DNA from: Acidobacteriota bacterium
GTDB taxonomy: Bacteria; Acidobacteriota; UBA6911; RPQK01; JADFOI01
Length of the DNA: 64,000 bases
Assembly: GCA_963663035.1 (NCBI GenBank)
Contig: OY760074.1
Location: forward strand, 544,001 to 608,000
Direction: 5' to 3'
In this document: piece after piece, positions 1-9,552 of the stretch
How positions within the stretch are numbered: the first letter of the stretch is position 1
Layout: the number at the start of each line of letters is the position of its first letter
Program-made: the position numbers and the translations under genes
Notes under the pieces: model-generated
Told to the model about the DNA's origin: nothing
What the model saw: only the letters and a program-made list of their open reading frames with translations
Database searches by the model: none

Positions 1-552
1 AAGTGCGCGCAATCCCGTGTTCCAGTACAGAGATGTGTTGAGTCTGAGGGTGTAAAGCGAAACAATCCAACCTCCCACCAGCCCGAAGGCATCGGCAACC
101 ACAGTGAGTAGCGGAAGCATGGTGGTGGTGGCGATCATACGGGGAGCGACTAACTTCTTGGTGGGGTCAGTTCCCAGAGCCCGCATGGCGTCAATTTGCT
201 CTGTCACCACCATCGAGCCCAGTTGGGAGGCAATTCCAGCCCCCACACGCCCGGCCACCATTAAGGCCGTCAGGACCGGCCCCAACTCCCTGACCAGGGA
301 AAGGGCCACCAATTGTCCGGTCAGGTTCACGGCACCGAAAGACTTCAGGGATTTGGCGGACTGAAGGGCCAGGACGCCGCCTGTAAAAAAGCCGGTCAGG
401 ATGACGATGAGAACCGATCCAGTGCCAATAGCGTCCATTTGCAGGAGGATGTCTTCAAAGTAGCGGGGTTTCTGAAAAAGACTCCTGATCGCACGGAAAG
501 ACAACAGGGTAAATTCTTGGATTTCGTAAAGGCCCTTATAGAAAAACTTCAT
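1..552 (-). CDS. mlaE: MlaE-family ABC transporter permease (3' end runs off the window)
   Basis: Not in the ORF track. Manual minus-strand translation from ATG 552 gives MKFFYKGL...SLVRELGPVLTALMVAGRVGAGIASQLGSMVVTEQIDAMRALGTDP, the MlaE signature. Confidence 0.9.
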   Translation of the reverse strand, partial: MKFFYKGLYEIQEFTLLSFRAIRSLFQKPRYFEDILLQMDAIGTGSVLIVILTGFFTGGVLALQSAKSLKSFGAVNLTGQLVALSLVRELGPVLTALMVAGRVGAGIASQLGSMVVTEQIDAMRALGTDPTKKLVAPRMIATTTMLPLLTVVADAFGLVGGWIVSLYTLRLNTSLYWNTGLRAL

Positions 553-627
553 CTGCTCCGGTATTGTAGTCTGAGCTTGAAAACGGGCTCAACTATTGAG
601 TCCTATTTTAGTGCTAAACTTAAACTT

Positions 628-1797
628 ATGCTTCGCTTTTTAACCTCAGGGGAGTCACACGGCAAGGGACTAGTCTCCATTATTGAAGGCTTTCCCGCCA
701 ATGTGCCTGTGGATATCTCTTTTATCAATTCTGATCTCAAACGGCGAATGGGAGGGTATGGTCGGGGAGCCCGCATGAAGATTGAGAGCGATCAGATTGA
801 GATTTTCTCCGGGGTGAGACATGGATATACCTTCGGATCTCCCATCGCCTTTCTTGTGCATAACCGAGATTGGGTGAACTGGTCGGACATCATGTCAATC
901 GAGCCGGATCCTGAAGGGGCGAAAGCACGGCGGGTGACGCGCCCTCGGCCAGGCCATGCTGATCTGGTGGGGGCCTTGAAATATCAATTGGACGACATGC
1001 GGAACGTCCTGGAACGATCGAGCGCTCGCGAAACAACCTCTCGCGTGGCCGTGGGCGCCTTCTGTAAGCTTTTGCTGGGGGAGTTGGGGATACAAATTTA
1101 CAGCCATGTGGTTTCCATCAAGGACGTTCGAATCTCCCCCGAGCAGCTGGAGAAGGTTTCAAGTGATCTCATCCCGCAAATTGAGTCATCCGAGATGCGC
1201 TGCTGTGATCCCTCGCTGGATGAAGCCATGAAGAAAGCTGTCGATAAGGCCATCGAGAAAGGGGATACGATTGGAGGAACCTTCGAAGTCCGGGCGACGG
1301 GTGTTCCTCCCGGTTTGGGGAGCTATGTTCACTGGGATCGGAAGTTGGATGGCAGGCTGGCCCAGGCCATCATGTCGATTAATGCCCTCAAAGGCGTGGA
1401 AGTCGGAAGTGGGCTTGGGTCGGATCCCTATGGGAGCCAGTTTCACGATGAGATTTTTTATGATGGAGAGATTCGACAATTCTATCGGAAGACCAATCGT
1501 GCGGGCGGGATTGAGGGCGGCACCTCAAACGGTGAGGAAATCATCGTGCGTGGAATAGTCAAGCCGATTCCCACATTGAGGCGGCCGTTGATGTCGGTCG
1601 ATTTTCAAACGAAGGAACCGTTCGAAGCTCAGTATGAGCGTTCCGATACCTGTATCGTTCCGGCGGCGGGAGTCATTGGTGAAGCGGTGGTGACCATCGT
1701 TCTGGCTCAGGCCGTACAAGAGAAATTTGGCGGGGACACGATAGGAGAAATCCAGTCCAATCTGAAGAATTACCGTAACACTCTCAGAGAAATGTGA
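628..1797 (+). CDS. aroC: Chorismate synthase
   Basis: MLRFLTSGESHG start, RPGHAD, ERSSARET and ERSD motifs. True start is ATG 628, not 313. Confidence 0.97.
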   Translation: MLRFLTSGESHGKGLVSIIEGFPANVPVDISFINSDLKRRMGGYGRGARMKIESDQIEIFSGVRHGYTFGSPIAFLVHNRDWVNWSDIMSIEPDPEGAKARRVTRPRPGHADLVGALKYQLDDMRNVLERSSARETTSRVAVGAFCKLLLGELGIQIYSHVVSIKDVRISPEQLEKVSSDLIPQIESSEMRCCDPSLDEAMKKAVDKAIEKGDTIGGTFEVRATGVPPGLGSYVHWDRKLDGRLAQAIMSINALKGVEVGSGLGSDPYGSQFHDEIFYDGEIRQFYRKTNRAGGIEGGTSNGEEIIVRGIVKPIPTLRRPLMSVDFQTKEPFEAQYERSDTCIVPAAGVIGEAVVTIVLAQAVQEKFGGDTIGEIQSNLKNYRNTLREM

Positions 1798-2307
1798 ATG
1801 ATCCGACCCATCTTGAAATACGGGGCTCCCGAGCTTCAAACCAAAAGCACTTCTATTGAGCAGGTTGACGAGGAGATCAAGACCCTGGCACAGGATATGC
1901 TGGAAACCATGTATGCCGCTCCCGGTATCGGTCTGGCGGCCAATCAGGTGGGGGTCAACCTTCGCTTGATTGTGCTCGACATCTCGGGAGGGGAGGAAAC
2001 AGGTCATCAGATGATCCTCACCAACCCGGAGGTCACTGAAGAGGAAGGGACTCAGGAATCCGAGGAGGGATGTCTCAGTGTTCCAGGATTCACAGCCCTT
2101 GTTGAGCGACCCAGTAAAATTCATGTGATCGGCCAGGATCTGGAGGGCCATTCCCAGGAGATAGACGCAGAAGGCCTGCTGGCTCGAGCCCTCTGTCATG
2201 AGATTGATCACTTGGATGGAATCCTCTACCTCAATCATCTATCGGTATTGAAGCGAGATCTGATCAAAAGGAAGATCCGGAAGCTCATTCGCAGCGGAGA
2301 ATGGTAA
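1798..2307 (+). CDS. def: Peptide deformylase
   Basis: GIGLAANQ, EGCLS, HEIDHLDG motifs. Confidence 0.97.
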   Translation: MIRPILKYGAPELQTKSTSIEQVDEEIKTLAQDMLETMYAAPGIGLAANQVGVNLRLIVLDISGGEETGHQMILTNPEVTEEEGTQESEEGCLSVPGFTALVERPSKIHVIGQDLEGHSQEIDAEGLLARALCHEIDHLDGILYLNHLSVLKRDLIKRKIRKLIRSGEW

Positions 2308-3266
2308 TGCGAGTGCTGTTCCTGGGAACACCAGGATTTGCCGTACCTTCCCTCCAGGCACTTCTGACTCTCACCAATCATGACTACGAGCTGGTGGGAG
2401 TGATCACTCAGCCCGATCGGCCGGCTGGACGAGGACAGAAGCTCACCCCGCCTCCCGTCAAGGTCCTGGCCGAGAAATCGGGTCTCCCAGTTTTCCAACC
2501 AGAACGTCTGCGCAACAACCAGGATGCTCTGGAGTTCCTGAGAGAAAAAGATCCACACTTGATTGTCATTGCCGCTTTTGGGCAAATCTTGGCTCCTGAG
2601 TTCTTCGATTATCCGCCTTTGGGAAGCCTTAATGTTCATGCCTCACTTCTTCCCAAGTATCGTGGTGCAGCCCCTATCACCCATGCCCTCATTAAGGGGG
2701 AGACCCAAACTGGCATTACGATTATGAAGATCGATGAGGGAATGGATACAGGAGGCATCTTATCTCAGGTCACAATTAGGGTAGGTGAAAATGTCACTGG
2801 AGGAGAGCTGGAGGAAATTCTGGCCCACAAAGGAGCGGAATTGCTCATTGAAACCATCCCGCCTTATGCGCTGGGAGAAATGCAACCCCAGCCTCAGGAT
2901 GCGAAAGGAGTCACCTACGCACCTCGAATCACCAAGCAGGAAGCTGAAATAGACTGGAATCAGTCTGCCCCGGAAATCCATAACTGGATTCGCGCTCTGG
3001 ATCCCTGGCCGACAGGCTGGACCAGTTTCGGGGACAAAAAGGTCAAGATCTGGCGCAGTGAAAGGGTGGAGGAACTTGAGCTGGATTTGGGGCCTTTGGG
3101 TCGACCGGGTACCATCCTGGCCCTGGGCAAAGACAGGATCATTGTTGAGTGTGGAGGAAAGACCTTTCTCTCTCTGAGAGAGCTCCAGCTCCCCAATCGG
3201 GCTCGCCTTTCGGCCCGTGAGTTTGTCAATGGCGTGAAACCAGGGTTGGGAGACTTGTTTACTTGA
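2307..3266 (+). CDS. fmt: Methionyl-tRNA formyltransferase
   Basis: FLGTPGFA, TQPDRPAGRG, NVHASLLPKYRGAAP; follows def. Confidence 0.97.
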   Translation: MRVLFLGTPGFAVPSLQALLTLTNHDYELVGVITQPDRPAGRGQKLTPPPVKVLAEKSGLPVFQPERLRNNQDALEFLREKDPHLIVIAAFGQILAPEFFDYPPLGSLNVHASLLPKYRGAAPITHALIKGETQTGITIMKIDEGMDTGGILSQVTIRVGENVTGGELEEILAHKGAELLIETIPPYALGEMQPQPQDAKGVTYAPRITKQEAEIDWNQSAPEIHNWIRALDPWPTGWTSFGDKKVKIWRSERVEELELDLGPLGRPGTILALGKDRIIVECGGKTFLSLRELQLPNRARLSAREFVNGVKPGLGDLFT

Positions 3267-4639
3267 GCACCCAACCACGCGCCTTGGCTGCCAGTTTTCT
3301 GAAGGATCTCCTGAAGCATCGAAAGAAGCTCGACTCTCTTTCTCAAGATGCCGACTTCTTGAATCTCGATTCGCGCGATCGTCGCCTGGTGATCGAGTTG
3401 GTGTATGGAGTTCTGAGAAATCTGCGGCTTCTCGATCACTATCTTGGGAAGTTGTCGCGAACACCACTGGAGAAATTGGATGAAAGCGTTCTGTGGGTCC
3501 TGCGGTTGGCCCTGTATGAAATCGAATTTCTTCGCATTCCCGACCACGCTGCTGTCCACGAGGCAGTCGGGTTGTGTCGAAAGTTTCACAAGACCTCTGC
3601 TGCCGGATTCGTCAATGCCTTACTGCGCAGCTTTTTGCGCGAGAGACCCACACTTCCTGAGGGTCGATCTGCTGGGGCATTGGCGGTACGGTTTAGCCAC
3701 CCCGAATGGCTGGTCAAGCGCTACTTGACCCGTTATGGAGTTGACCAGACTGAACAGTTGCTGCGTAGGAATAATGAGCCTCCGATTCCAACCCTTTGGG
3801 TCAACATCTTCAAGACAGACTTACAGTCCCTTTGCAGGCAACTCGAAGAAGAGCAGATTCCGTATCAGGTCTATCCCCAATTGCCCAACTGCATCACTGT
3901 TGGTTCCGCAGGTTTCACTCAGAATCGTGCCTATCGGGAAGGTCTTTGTATTTTTATGGATGTGGCCAGCCAGGAGGTGGCCTATCTGACCGAGGTCAAG
4001 GATCATCGAATGCTAGCTGATCTCTGTTGCGCTCCAGGGGGGAAAGCTTTCCTTCTGGCGTCTCAGAAAGGGAAGAATGCAAAGATGAGCTGTTGTGATT
4101 TCAGTCTTCCCCGTCTGACGGAAACACGAGAGCGGGCGAAATTCTTGCAGGTTCCAGGATTGAACTTTATCAATGCCGATCTTCGGCAGACTCCACCTTT
4201 TCGACAACCCTTCGACTTTGTCCTTCTGGATGTCCCATGTAGCGGGTTGGGTACACTGCGCTCGAACCCGGATATCCGCTGGAAAATTCGGGAGAAAGAC
4301 CTGTGTTGCCTTCATTCCGCCCAGGTGTCCCTTTTGCAGAACGGTTTTTCTGTGCTGGGTCAGGGTGGAGAGTTGACCTACTCAACTTGCTCGACGGAAC
4401 CTGAGGAAAATGAATCTGTCATCGAAGAGTTTTTGGCTGAGGAACCCAGAGCCATTCTGGCAGGTGACTTTCACCGGACTTTCCCAGAGTCTCATCCGGG
4501 GGATTGTTTCTTCGCAGCTAAAATCAGACACGTGGGAGGCACCTCAGTCGTGGGAGGCACCTCAGTCGTGGGAGGCACCTCAGTCGTGGGAGGCACCTCA
4601 GGTGCCGAATCTGAATCACTGACCGGCTTCGACAAATAA
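3263..4639 (+). CDS. rsmB: 16S rRNA m5C967 methyltransferase RsmB/Sun, with a repeat-derived C-terminal extension
   Basis: NusB-like N-terminus, DLCCAPGGK, LLDVPCSGLG, YSTCS; follows fmt. Confidence 0.93.
   Translation: MSTQPRALAASFLKDLLKHRKKLDSLSQDADFLNLDSRDRRLVIELVYGVLRNLRLLDHYLGKLSRTPLEKLDESVLWVLRLALYEIEFLRIPDHAAVHEAVGLCRKFHKTSAAGFVNALLRSFLRERPTLPEGRSAGALAVRFSHPEWLVKRYLTRYGVDQTEQLLRRNNEPPIPTLWVNIFKTDLQSLCRQLEEEQIPYQVYPQLPNCITVGSAGFTQNRAYREGLCIFMDVASQEVAYLTEVKDHRMLADLCCAPGGKAFLLASQKGKNAKMSCCDFSLPRLTETRERAKFLQVPGLNFINADLRQTPPFRQPFDFVLLDVPCSGLGTLRSNPDIRWKIREKDLCCLHSAQVSLLQNGFSVLGQGGELTYSTCSTEPEENESVIEEFLAEEPRAILAGDFHRTFPESHPGDCFFAAKIRHVGGTSVVGGTSVVGGTSVVGGTSGAESESLTGFDK
4532..4610 (+). repeat. 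REP-like array: three 18-bp half units plus one complete GTGGGAGGCACCTCAGGTGCCGAAT
   Basis: gtgggaggcacctcagtc at 4532, 4550 and 4568; full palindromic unit at 4586-4610. Confidence 0.9.
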
Positions 4640-5845
4640 GGACGACTGCCAGGAATCAAAGGTCAGATCGTCCTCCGTGTCACTCAGTCCGTCCAGTCCT
4701 GAGCTGGTGAGATAATAGAATGCGCCCACCGGGACGTAGCCGTACCGTAAACCGTCGTAGGGGTCAATCGGTTCTGGCTGATGTAGTCGCAGCTTTCGCC
4801 AGGCAGAGTAAACCGCCTGTGAGCTTTCTGGCAGTCGGCCCGTTCGTTGCCGGAACTCTTCAATCAGATCTGATAGCGTCCCGAAATCCTCCCTCACTTT
4901 TGCAAAGGCTTCAGTCTCAAGGAGGGCTGAGTTTTCTTGCCGGGCCAGTGCTGCCTGATTCAGTGCAGCTTCAACTTCAGGCCAAACTCTGACAAACAGG
5001 AGACTGCTGACCAGCAGAGGAAGCAGACCTACTGTTCCCACAATGGCCAGCGCCCGAGCAGATGCCCAGGACGAATCTTGCAAGTTTCCGGCTAGATCCG
5101 GATTCAGTGCTGCGATGCGGTCACACAGTGGAGGGTGTCCCATGAGCCAGCGCGCAAGGGTCAGCCAGCCGGTATTCATGTCATTTCTCTGTTGCACCAG
5201 AGCCTGTAAATTGACGCTTGGTCCTCGTTTACTTCCTGCTGACAAGATAGCCAGGCCGGCCAGTGCCCCGCGCTTGTCCCCGCACAGTGCTGCTCCGTAG
5301 CGGTCACAAGTGTATTCGCGAGCACGGGAATAGGCGGCACCCAGAAAAGGCACAAAGGAACCGGGTGCGTGCAGCCATGTCCAGTTGAGATGCCCTGCCT
5401 TAATGTGACCTAACTCATGCCCGATGATCATGTCCCGAGCGGCTAAGTTTTCTCCGCAAGCATCCAATAGGTCCGAGAAGAGGATAATCATTTTGGAGCG
5501 AAGAAACTTGGTCGCAAAGGCATTTAAGGTGCCACCCGCCTGCATGAGGTAAGCATCCGGAGCGTTCTTTAACCCTGCCCTGGCTGCAAGCTCCCGAACA
5601 CGCTGATCAAGCTCGGGAAACTGTTCGGGTCCCAAGCGGACGGCACTTCCTCGTACGTGAGCGACGAACATCAGGTGAACAAGGAAGAGGAAGCCTCCGA
5701 TGGCCAAGGCATAGATCAAACCGAGTATGGAAAGGATGATCAGGCCCCATATTGCAAGGGACACGAAAACAAGCACGACTCGAAGGGGTGCTTCACTGGG
5801 CCAACCTTCGATATGAACTGGGGGGAGATTGTTTGGGTCCTTCAT
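4616..5845 (-). CDS. M48 (HtpX/Ste24-like) zinc metallopeptidase with a C-terminal GspG/pseudopilin-like domain
   Basis: N-terminal TM helices, NAFAT, HELGH, SRAREYTCDRYG, HPPLCDRI; C-terminal DPYDG..YGY...YLTSSGLDG..DTEDDL. Confidence 0.85.
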   Translation of the reverse strand: MKDPNNLPPVHIEGWPSEAPLRVVLVFVSLAIWGLIILSILGLIYALAIGGFLFLVHLMFVAHVRGSAVRLGPEQFPELDQRVRELAARAGLKNAPDAYLMQAGGTLNAFATKFLRSKMIILFSDLLDACGENLAARDMIIGHELGHIKAGHLNWTWLHAPGSFVPFLGAAYSRAREYTCDRYGAALCGDKRGALAGLAILSAGSKRGPSVNLQALVQQRNDMNTGWLTLARWLMGHPPLCDRIAALNPDLAGNLQDSSWASARALAIVGTVGLLPLLVSSLLFVRVWPEVEAALNQAALARQENSALLETEAFAKVREDFGTLSDLIEEFRQRTGRLPESSQAVYSAWRKLRLHQPEPIDPYDGLRYGYVPVGAFYYLTSSGLDGLSDTEDDLTFDSWQSSLFVEAGQ

Positions 5846-6116
5846 GGCTCTGTCTCCTGTCGCCCTGTGGTTGATAGTCCGTGACCATGAGCGGTTCGGT
5901 GCTGTCCGCTCTGGAAAAGGTATGCACCTGATGTGCCAGCTTTGACTTGTGATGCAAATATACTGTCATAAGATATTGTCAATAAATAACTTATCCACCC
6001 CGGGAGTCATGCTTTAATAATGCAGCTTTTGAGATTTCTCAAGCCGATGTTAACAGTGGTTTACAAGGGTATGGTGTGGCACTAAATGAGCAACCGTGCT
6101 AGATTAAGCAGGTACA

Positions 6117-6911
6117 ATGAAGCACGATTCCAGCAAAGCCCGAAACCCCCAAAGCCCGACAGAACCAGAGCACGAACCCAGCGAACGCACCACCCATGAA
6201 CAGGTGCTGATAGTGGGCAAACTGGCGGTTCTGATGGGAGTCTTGATCGCGGTTGGACTCTCCGGCGCATACATGGGGATGAGATTGGCTGTGGGTGGGT
6301 CAGAAGTAGAGGTGCCCTCGATCATTGGACAGCCGCTGGAAACGGCAACGGAGATACTTGAGCAGGTCAACCTGCAGAGGGAGGTCGTTGGAGAGCGATT
6401 CGACTCGGAGGCTCTCAGGGGAGTCGTTCTTTCGCAGGCCCCTCTAGCGGGGGGAACGATCAAGGCACAACGAAAAGTTCAGGTCATTCTGAGCCTGGGA
6501 GTCAAGAACAGTCCCGTTCCAGATCTGAGAGGGGCTCCTCTCAGAGTGGCACGATTGATGGCCTCACAAGCAGGCTTCGAATTGGGAAATATCAGCGAAG
6601 TCTCCATGGGCGAGTTCCCGAAAGGACAGATTGTTCAGCAGTATCCGCCTCCAAACTCGAAGGAGCTCCTCAGTCCGATGATTGATGTCCTGGTGAGTGA
6701 TGGAACCGTTTCTCGCTATGTAATGCCCGATATCACGAACCAGAGTTTGAACACGGTACTTCTGTTCTTTGAGAAAAATGGTTTCAAACTGGGCGAGATT
6801 CAGTACAGGGATTCTGCGACTGTTTCCAGAGGTGCTGTGGTGAAGCAATTCCCGGAGCCCGGCTACATGTTGACAGATGGAGACACCATTAATCTGGAGA
6901 TAGCACGCTGA
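6117..6911 (+). CDS. Membrane-anchored PASTA-domain protein (three PASTA repeats, no kinase domain)
   Basis: TM helix then VPSIIG, VPDLRG and MPDITN repeats with G.V..Q.P motifs. Confidence 0.9.
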   Translation: MKHDSSKARNPQSPTEPEHEPSERTTHEQVLIVGKLAVLMGVLIAVGLSGAYMGMRLAVGGSEVEVPSIIGQPLETATEILEQVNLQREVVGERFDSEALRGVVLSQAPLAGGTIKAQRKVQVILSLGVKNSPVPDLRGAPLRVARLMASQAGFELGNISEVSMGEFPKGQIVQQYPPPNSKELLSPMIDVLVSDGTVSRYVMPDITNQSLNTVLLFFEKNGFKLGEIQYRDSATVSRGAVVKQFPEPGYMLTDGDTINLEIAR

Positions 6912-7603
6912 TGGCTCTGATCGCACCGTCTCTTCTGTCGGCAGACTTTCTCAGTTTGGGACAAGAAGTTCGCAGAATGCAAGAGGCCGGAGCCGAGATT
7001 CTCCACGTCGATGTCATGGATGGTCATTTTGTGCCCAATCTGACCATTGGTCTACCCGTGGTGGAAGTGCTCAGAAGCAGCACGGATCTCCTGCTGGATG
7101 TACACCTGATGATCTCCAATCCTGACCAGATGGCTGAAGCCTATATTGATGCCGGAGCAGATTATCTCAGTGTTCACTATGAGGCAGCCAACCACTTGGA
7201 CAGTCTCTTGGAGAGAATTCGTGAGAAGGGAGCCCAGCCGGGTGTGGCTCTCAATCCAGATACACCTGTCTCAGTCTTGGAAGAAGTCTTGAAGAGATGC
7301 CACCATGTAGTGGTGATGTCGGTGCATCCAGGATTTGGTGGCCAAAACTTCATTTCAAATAGCTTCCAAAAAGTGAGAGAATTAAGGTCACTGATTGATT
7401 CACAGAATTTAAATATAAAGATCGAAATTGATGGAGGAATGGGGCCGGACAATACGGAAGAAGCGGTGCGTTCTGGTGTAGATATAGTGGTGGCCGGATC
7501 GGCAATCTTTCGTTCCAGCAGTTCAAAAGAAAGTTTTCAGCAAATGGGACGGCTCGCGGAAGGAGCTGTAGTCTTGAAGGGGAATGATGCGATTTCTGTC
7601 TAA
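6911..7603 (+). CDS. rpe: Ribulose-phosphate 3-epimerase
   Basis: IAPSLLSADF, HVDVMDGHFVPN, DVHLM, PGFGGQ, IDGG. Confidence 0.97.
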   Translation: MALIAPSLLSADFLSLGQEVRRMQEAGAEILHVDVMDGHFVPNLTIGLPVVEVLRSSTDLLLDVHLMISNPDQMAEAYIDAGADYLSVHYEAANHLDSLLERIREKGAQPGVALNPDTPVSVLEEVLKRCHHVVVMSVHPGFGGQNFISNSFQKVRELRSLIDSQNLNIKIEIDGGMGPDNTEEAVRSGVDIVVAGSAIFRSSSSKESFQQMGRLAEGAVVLKGNDAISV

Positions 7604-8570
7604 ACTCCTGGTCTTGAGCCTGGCTGCACTTTTACTCTCCGCTTGTGGACAGAAAAGTGCGGGTTTGCAGGAAGCAGCAATTGCACCGGATAAGTTGTTG
7701 TATGAGAATGGCCGGACGTTTCTTGAAAAGAGCCAGTTTATCCAGGCAAGATTGGCTTTCCAGACTTTGGTGAACGCCTATCCGGACAGCGAGCATACAC
7801 CGGCCTCATTCTTGTCAATTGCTGACTCCTATTACCTCGAAGCCGGAAGAGCAAATCTCCTGCAGGCGGAAGCTCAGTATAAAGACTTTATTATCTTTTA
7901 TCCCACCCATGAGATCGCCGACGACGCGCAAATGAAGATTGCCGCCGTCAATGTGAGATTGATGAGAGCCCCCGACCGAGACCCGACTTACGCTATAAAA
8001 GCTGAGAGGGAGCTGAAAGAGTTTTTAGAGAAATTTCCCCAGAGCGAGCTGGCACCCACTGCGGAAGAATTCCTGCGGGAGGTTCAGGAAAATCTAGCCC
8101 GCGGAATTCAAGGGATCGGAAATTTCTATTTCAGTAAGAATTCATATCTGGCTTCAGAAAGCCGGTACAAGGAAGTATTGGAAGAGTTTCCAGACTACAG
8201 CAGAGCAGACCAGGCTTTGTCTCGATTGGCTCAATCGCTAGAGATTCTGGGTCGAATTGAGGAGGCTTCCGTCTATTATTCCCGGCTGGTTTCCGAATAC
8301 CCCTTCAGTGAGTACGCTGGGGGTGCGGAGGAAAAGCTGATCTTGCTTGAAAAGCCGGTGCCGCCGCTAGACCCTGTTGCTGTGGCCAGGAATGAAGCCA
8401 ATCGAAGGAACGATGAGGGATTCTCGCCCTTGACACCCCTTCGTGAGGTGTGGGGAATCTTTTCTGCTCCGGAGGATCCTTACGAGGTAGCACGGAAACG
8501 AGTCGAAGAACGCCAAGAGCAGGAGCAGTCTGACGCTCAGCAGGATTCCCCAGGCAACGGCAAGGACTAA
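7584..8570 (+). CDS. bamD: Outer membrane protein assembly lipoprotein BamD
   Basis: Lipobox LLLSAC, TPR helices, DRDPT motif, FPQS/YPFS repeats. Confidence 0.88.
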   Translation: MMRFLSKLLVLSLAALLLSACGQKSAGLQEAAIAPDKLLYENGRTFLEKSQFIQARLAFQTLVNAYPDSEHTPASFLSIADSYYLEAGRANLLQAEAQYKDFIIFYPTHEIADDAQMKIAAVNVRLMRAPDRDPTYAIKAERELKEFLEKFPQSELAPTAEEFLREVQENLARGIQGIGNFYFSKNSYLASESRYKEVLEEFPDYSRADQALSRLAQSLEILGRIEEASVYYSRLVSEYPFSEYAGGAEEKLILLEKPVPPLDPVAVARNEANRRNDEGFSPLTPLREVWGIFSAPEDPYEVARKRVEERQEQEQSDAQQDSPGNGKD

Positions 8571-8763
8571 AGCCCGGATTATGCATAAATTCTCTACTGC
8601 AGCGACGAAATCATCCGCCCTGCCCGCGTTGCGCGACCCGCAAGCGGGTACCCCTCGGCTCCTCAACGTACTCAAGAGTACGTTTGCGGGGGCCTCCGTC
8701 GCGCGCCTTGTCAGGCCGGCGCTTTCGTCGCTTCATGACGAGAACCTATGCATAAACCGGGCT
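8571..8763 (-). repeat. Foldback (MITE-like or structured RNA-like) element, copy A
   Basis: 17-bp terminal inverted repeat agcccggattatgcata / tatgcataaaccgggct; internal aacgtactcaagagtacgtt hairpin; reverse complement aligns to 37722-37937. Confidence 0.9.
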
Positions 8764-8774
8764 GGTGTCTCGTT

Positions 8775-9494
8775 ATGCCCCACCTGATCCTGGCGGAGGA
8801 CAGCCCCACAATCCAGAAACTTATTCAACTCTGTTTCAAGGCAGAGGAGTTTGAAGTCCATTGTTTTGTGGATAGAAGGTCCACACTGGAGTATCTCGAG
8901 ACCCAACCCGCTGATGTCCTGTTGGTGGACATTTCCATTCCTGACCTGGGCGGCTATGAATTGTGTCGAGCGGTGAAGCAAAACCCCAAGACAGAGTCTC
9001 TTCCAGTGGTCTTGCTGGTGGGGGTGTTTGACAGTTTTGATGTGGAGCGAGCTGAGCAGGCTGGCTACACTTGTCGACTGACCAAGCCTATAGGAACTCA
9101 AGAGTTAGTTGATTTGGTCAAGAAGTTACTGGATGCACCCAGCTCTCCTCCAGGCTCCTCAAAATTAGAGCCAAAGTTACCTGACGTCAGCACTTTGGGT
9201 AGAGCATTTGACCTCCCTGTTGTCCCTGAGATCGGGGAAAGGGAGGAAGAGCCCCTTTTCTTCTTGACCCCCTCCCAGTGTCAAGCCAGTGCTGTATCGT
9301 ACACTCGGGAAATGATCGCGGAGGTGAAGACCCAGTCCGCTGTTGAGGATCACGGGATATCTTCGCTGGAGACTCCTCTCAGAAGAGATGAAGTGGATTT
9401 GCTGGCAAACAGATTATTCGAGCTTCTCCGACCTGAGTTCCGTCGCATGCTGTCCCAGGTGACCCAGGAGATTGTGAAACGGGGCACAGTCTGA
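8775..9494 (+). CDS. Response regulator receiver protein with an uncharacterised C-terminus
   Basis: [16 protein letters not shown] (acceptor Asp), GYELC, LTKP. The ORF-track start at 8748 lies inside the repeat. Confidence 0.85.
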   Translation: MPHLILAEDSPTIQKLIQLCFKAEEFEVHCFVDRRSTLEYLETQPADVLLVDISIPDLGGYELCRAVKQNPKTESLPVVLLVGVFDSFDVERAEQAGYTCRLTKPIGTQELVDLVKKLLDAPSSPPGSSKLEPKLPDVSTLGRAFDLPVVPEIGEREEEPLFFLTPSQCQASAVSYTREMIAEVKTQSAVEDHGISSLETPLRRDEVDLLANRLFELLRPEFRRMLSQVTQEIVKRGTV

Positions 9495-9552
9495 TTTTGT
9501 TATATTCCCTTTTTTCTCAGATCCCGTCGAAAAGGCCAGGATTCCAGTGTCT

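Noticed and set aside
313-627. N-terminal extension of AroC in the ORF track
   Set aside because: Antisense to mlaE; AroC homology and a -10 element point to ATG 628
5991-5999. DnaA-box-like TTATCCACC in an AT-rich spacer (possible oriC)
   Set aside because: Single imperfect box, no cluster or replication genes; more simply a divergent promoter region
8581-8787. Repeated small ORFs MHKFSTAATKSSALP (also 37574-37927) and SHQVVAKRRK (35142, 42587)
   Set aside because: Translations of the foldback element; frames are not conserved between copies
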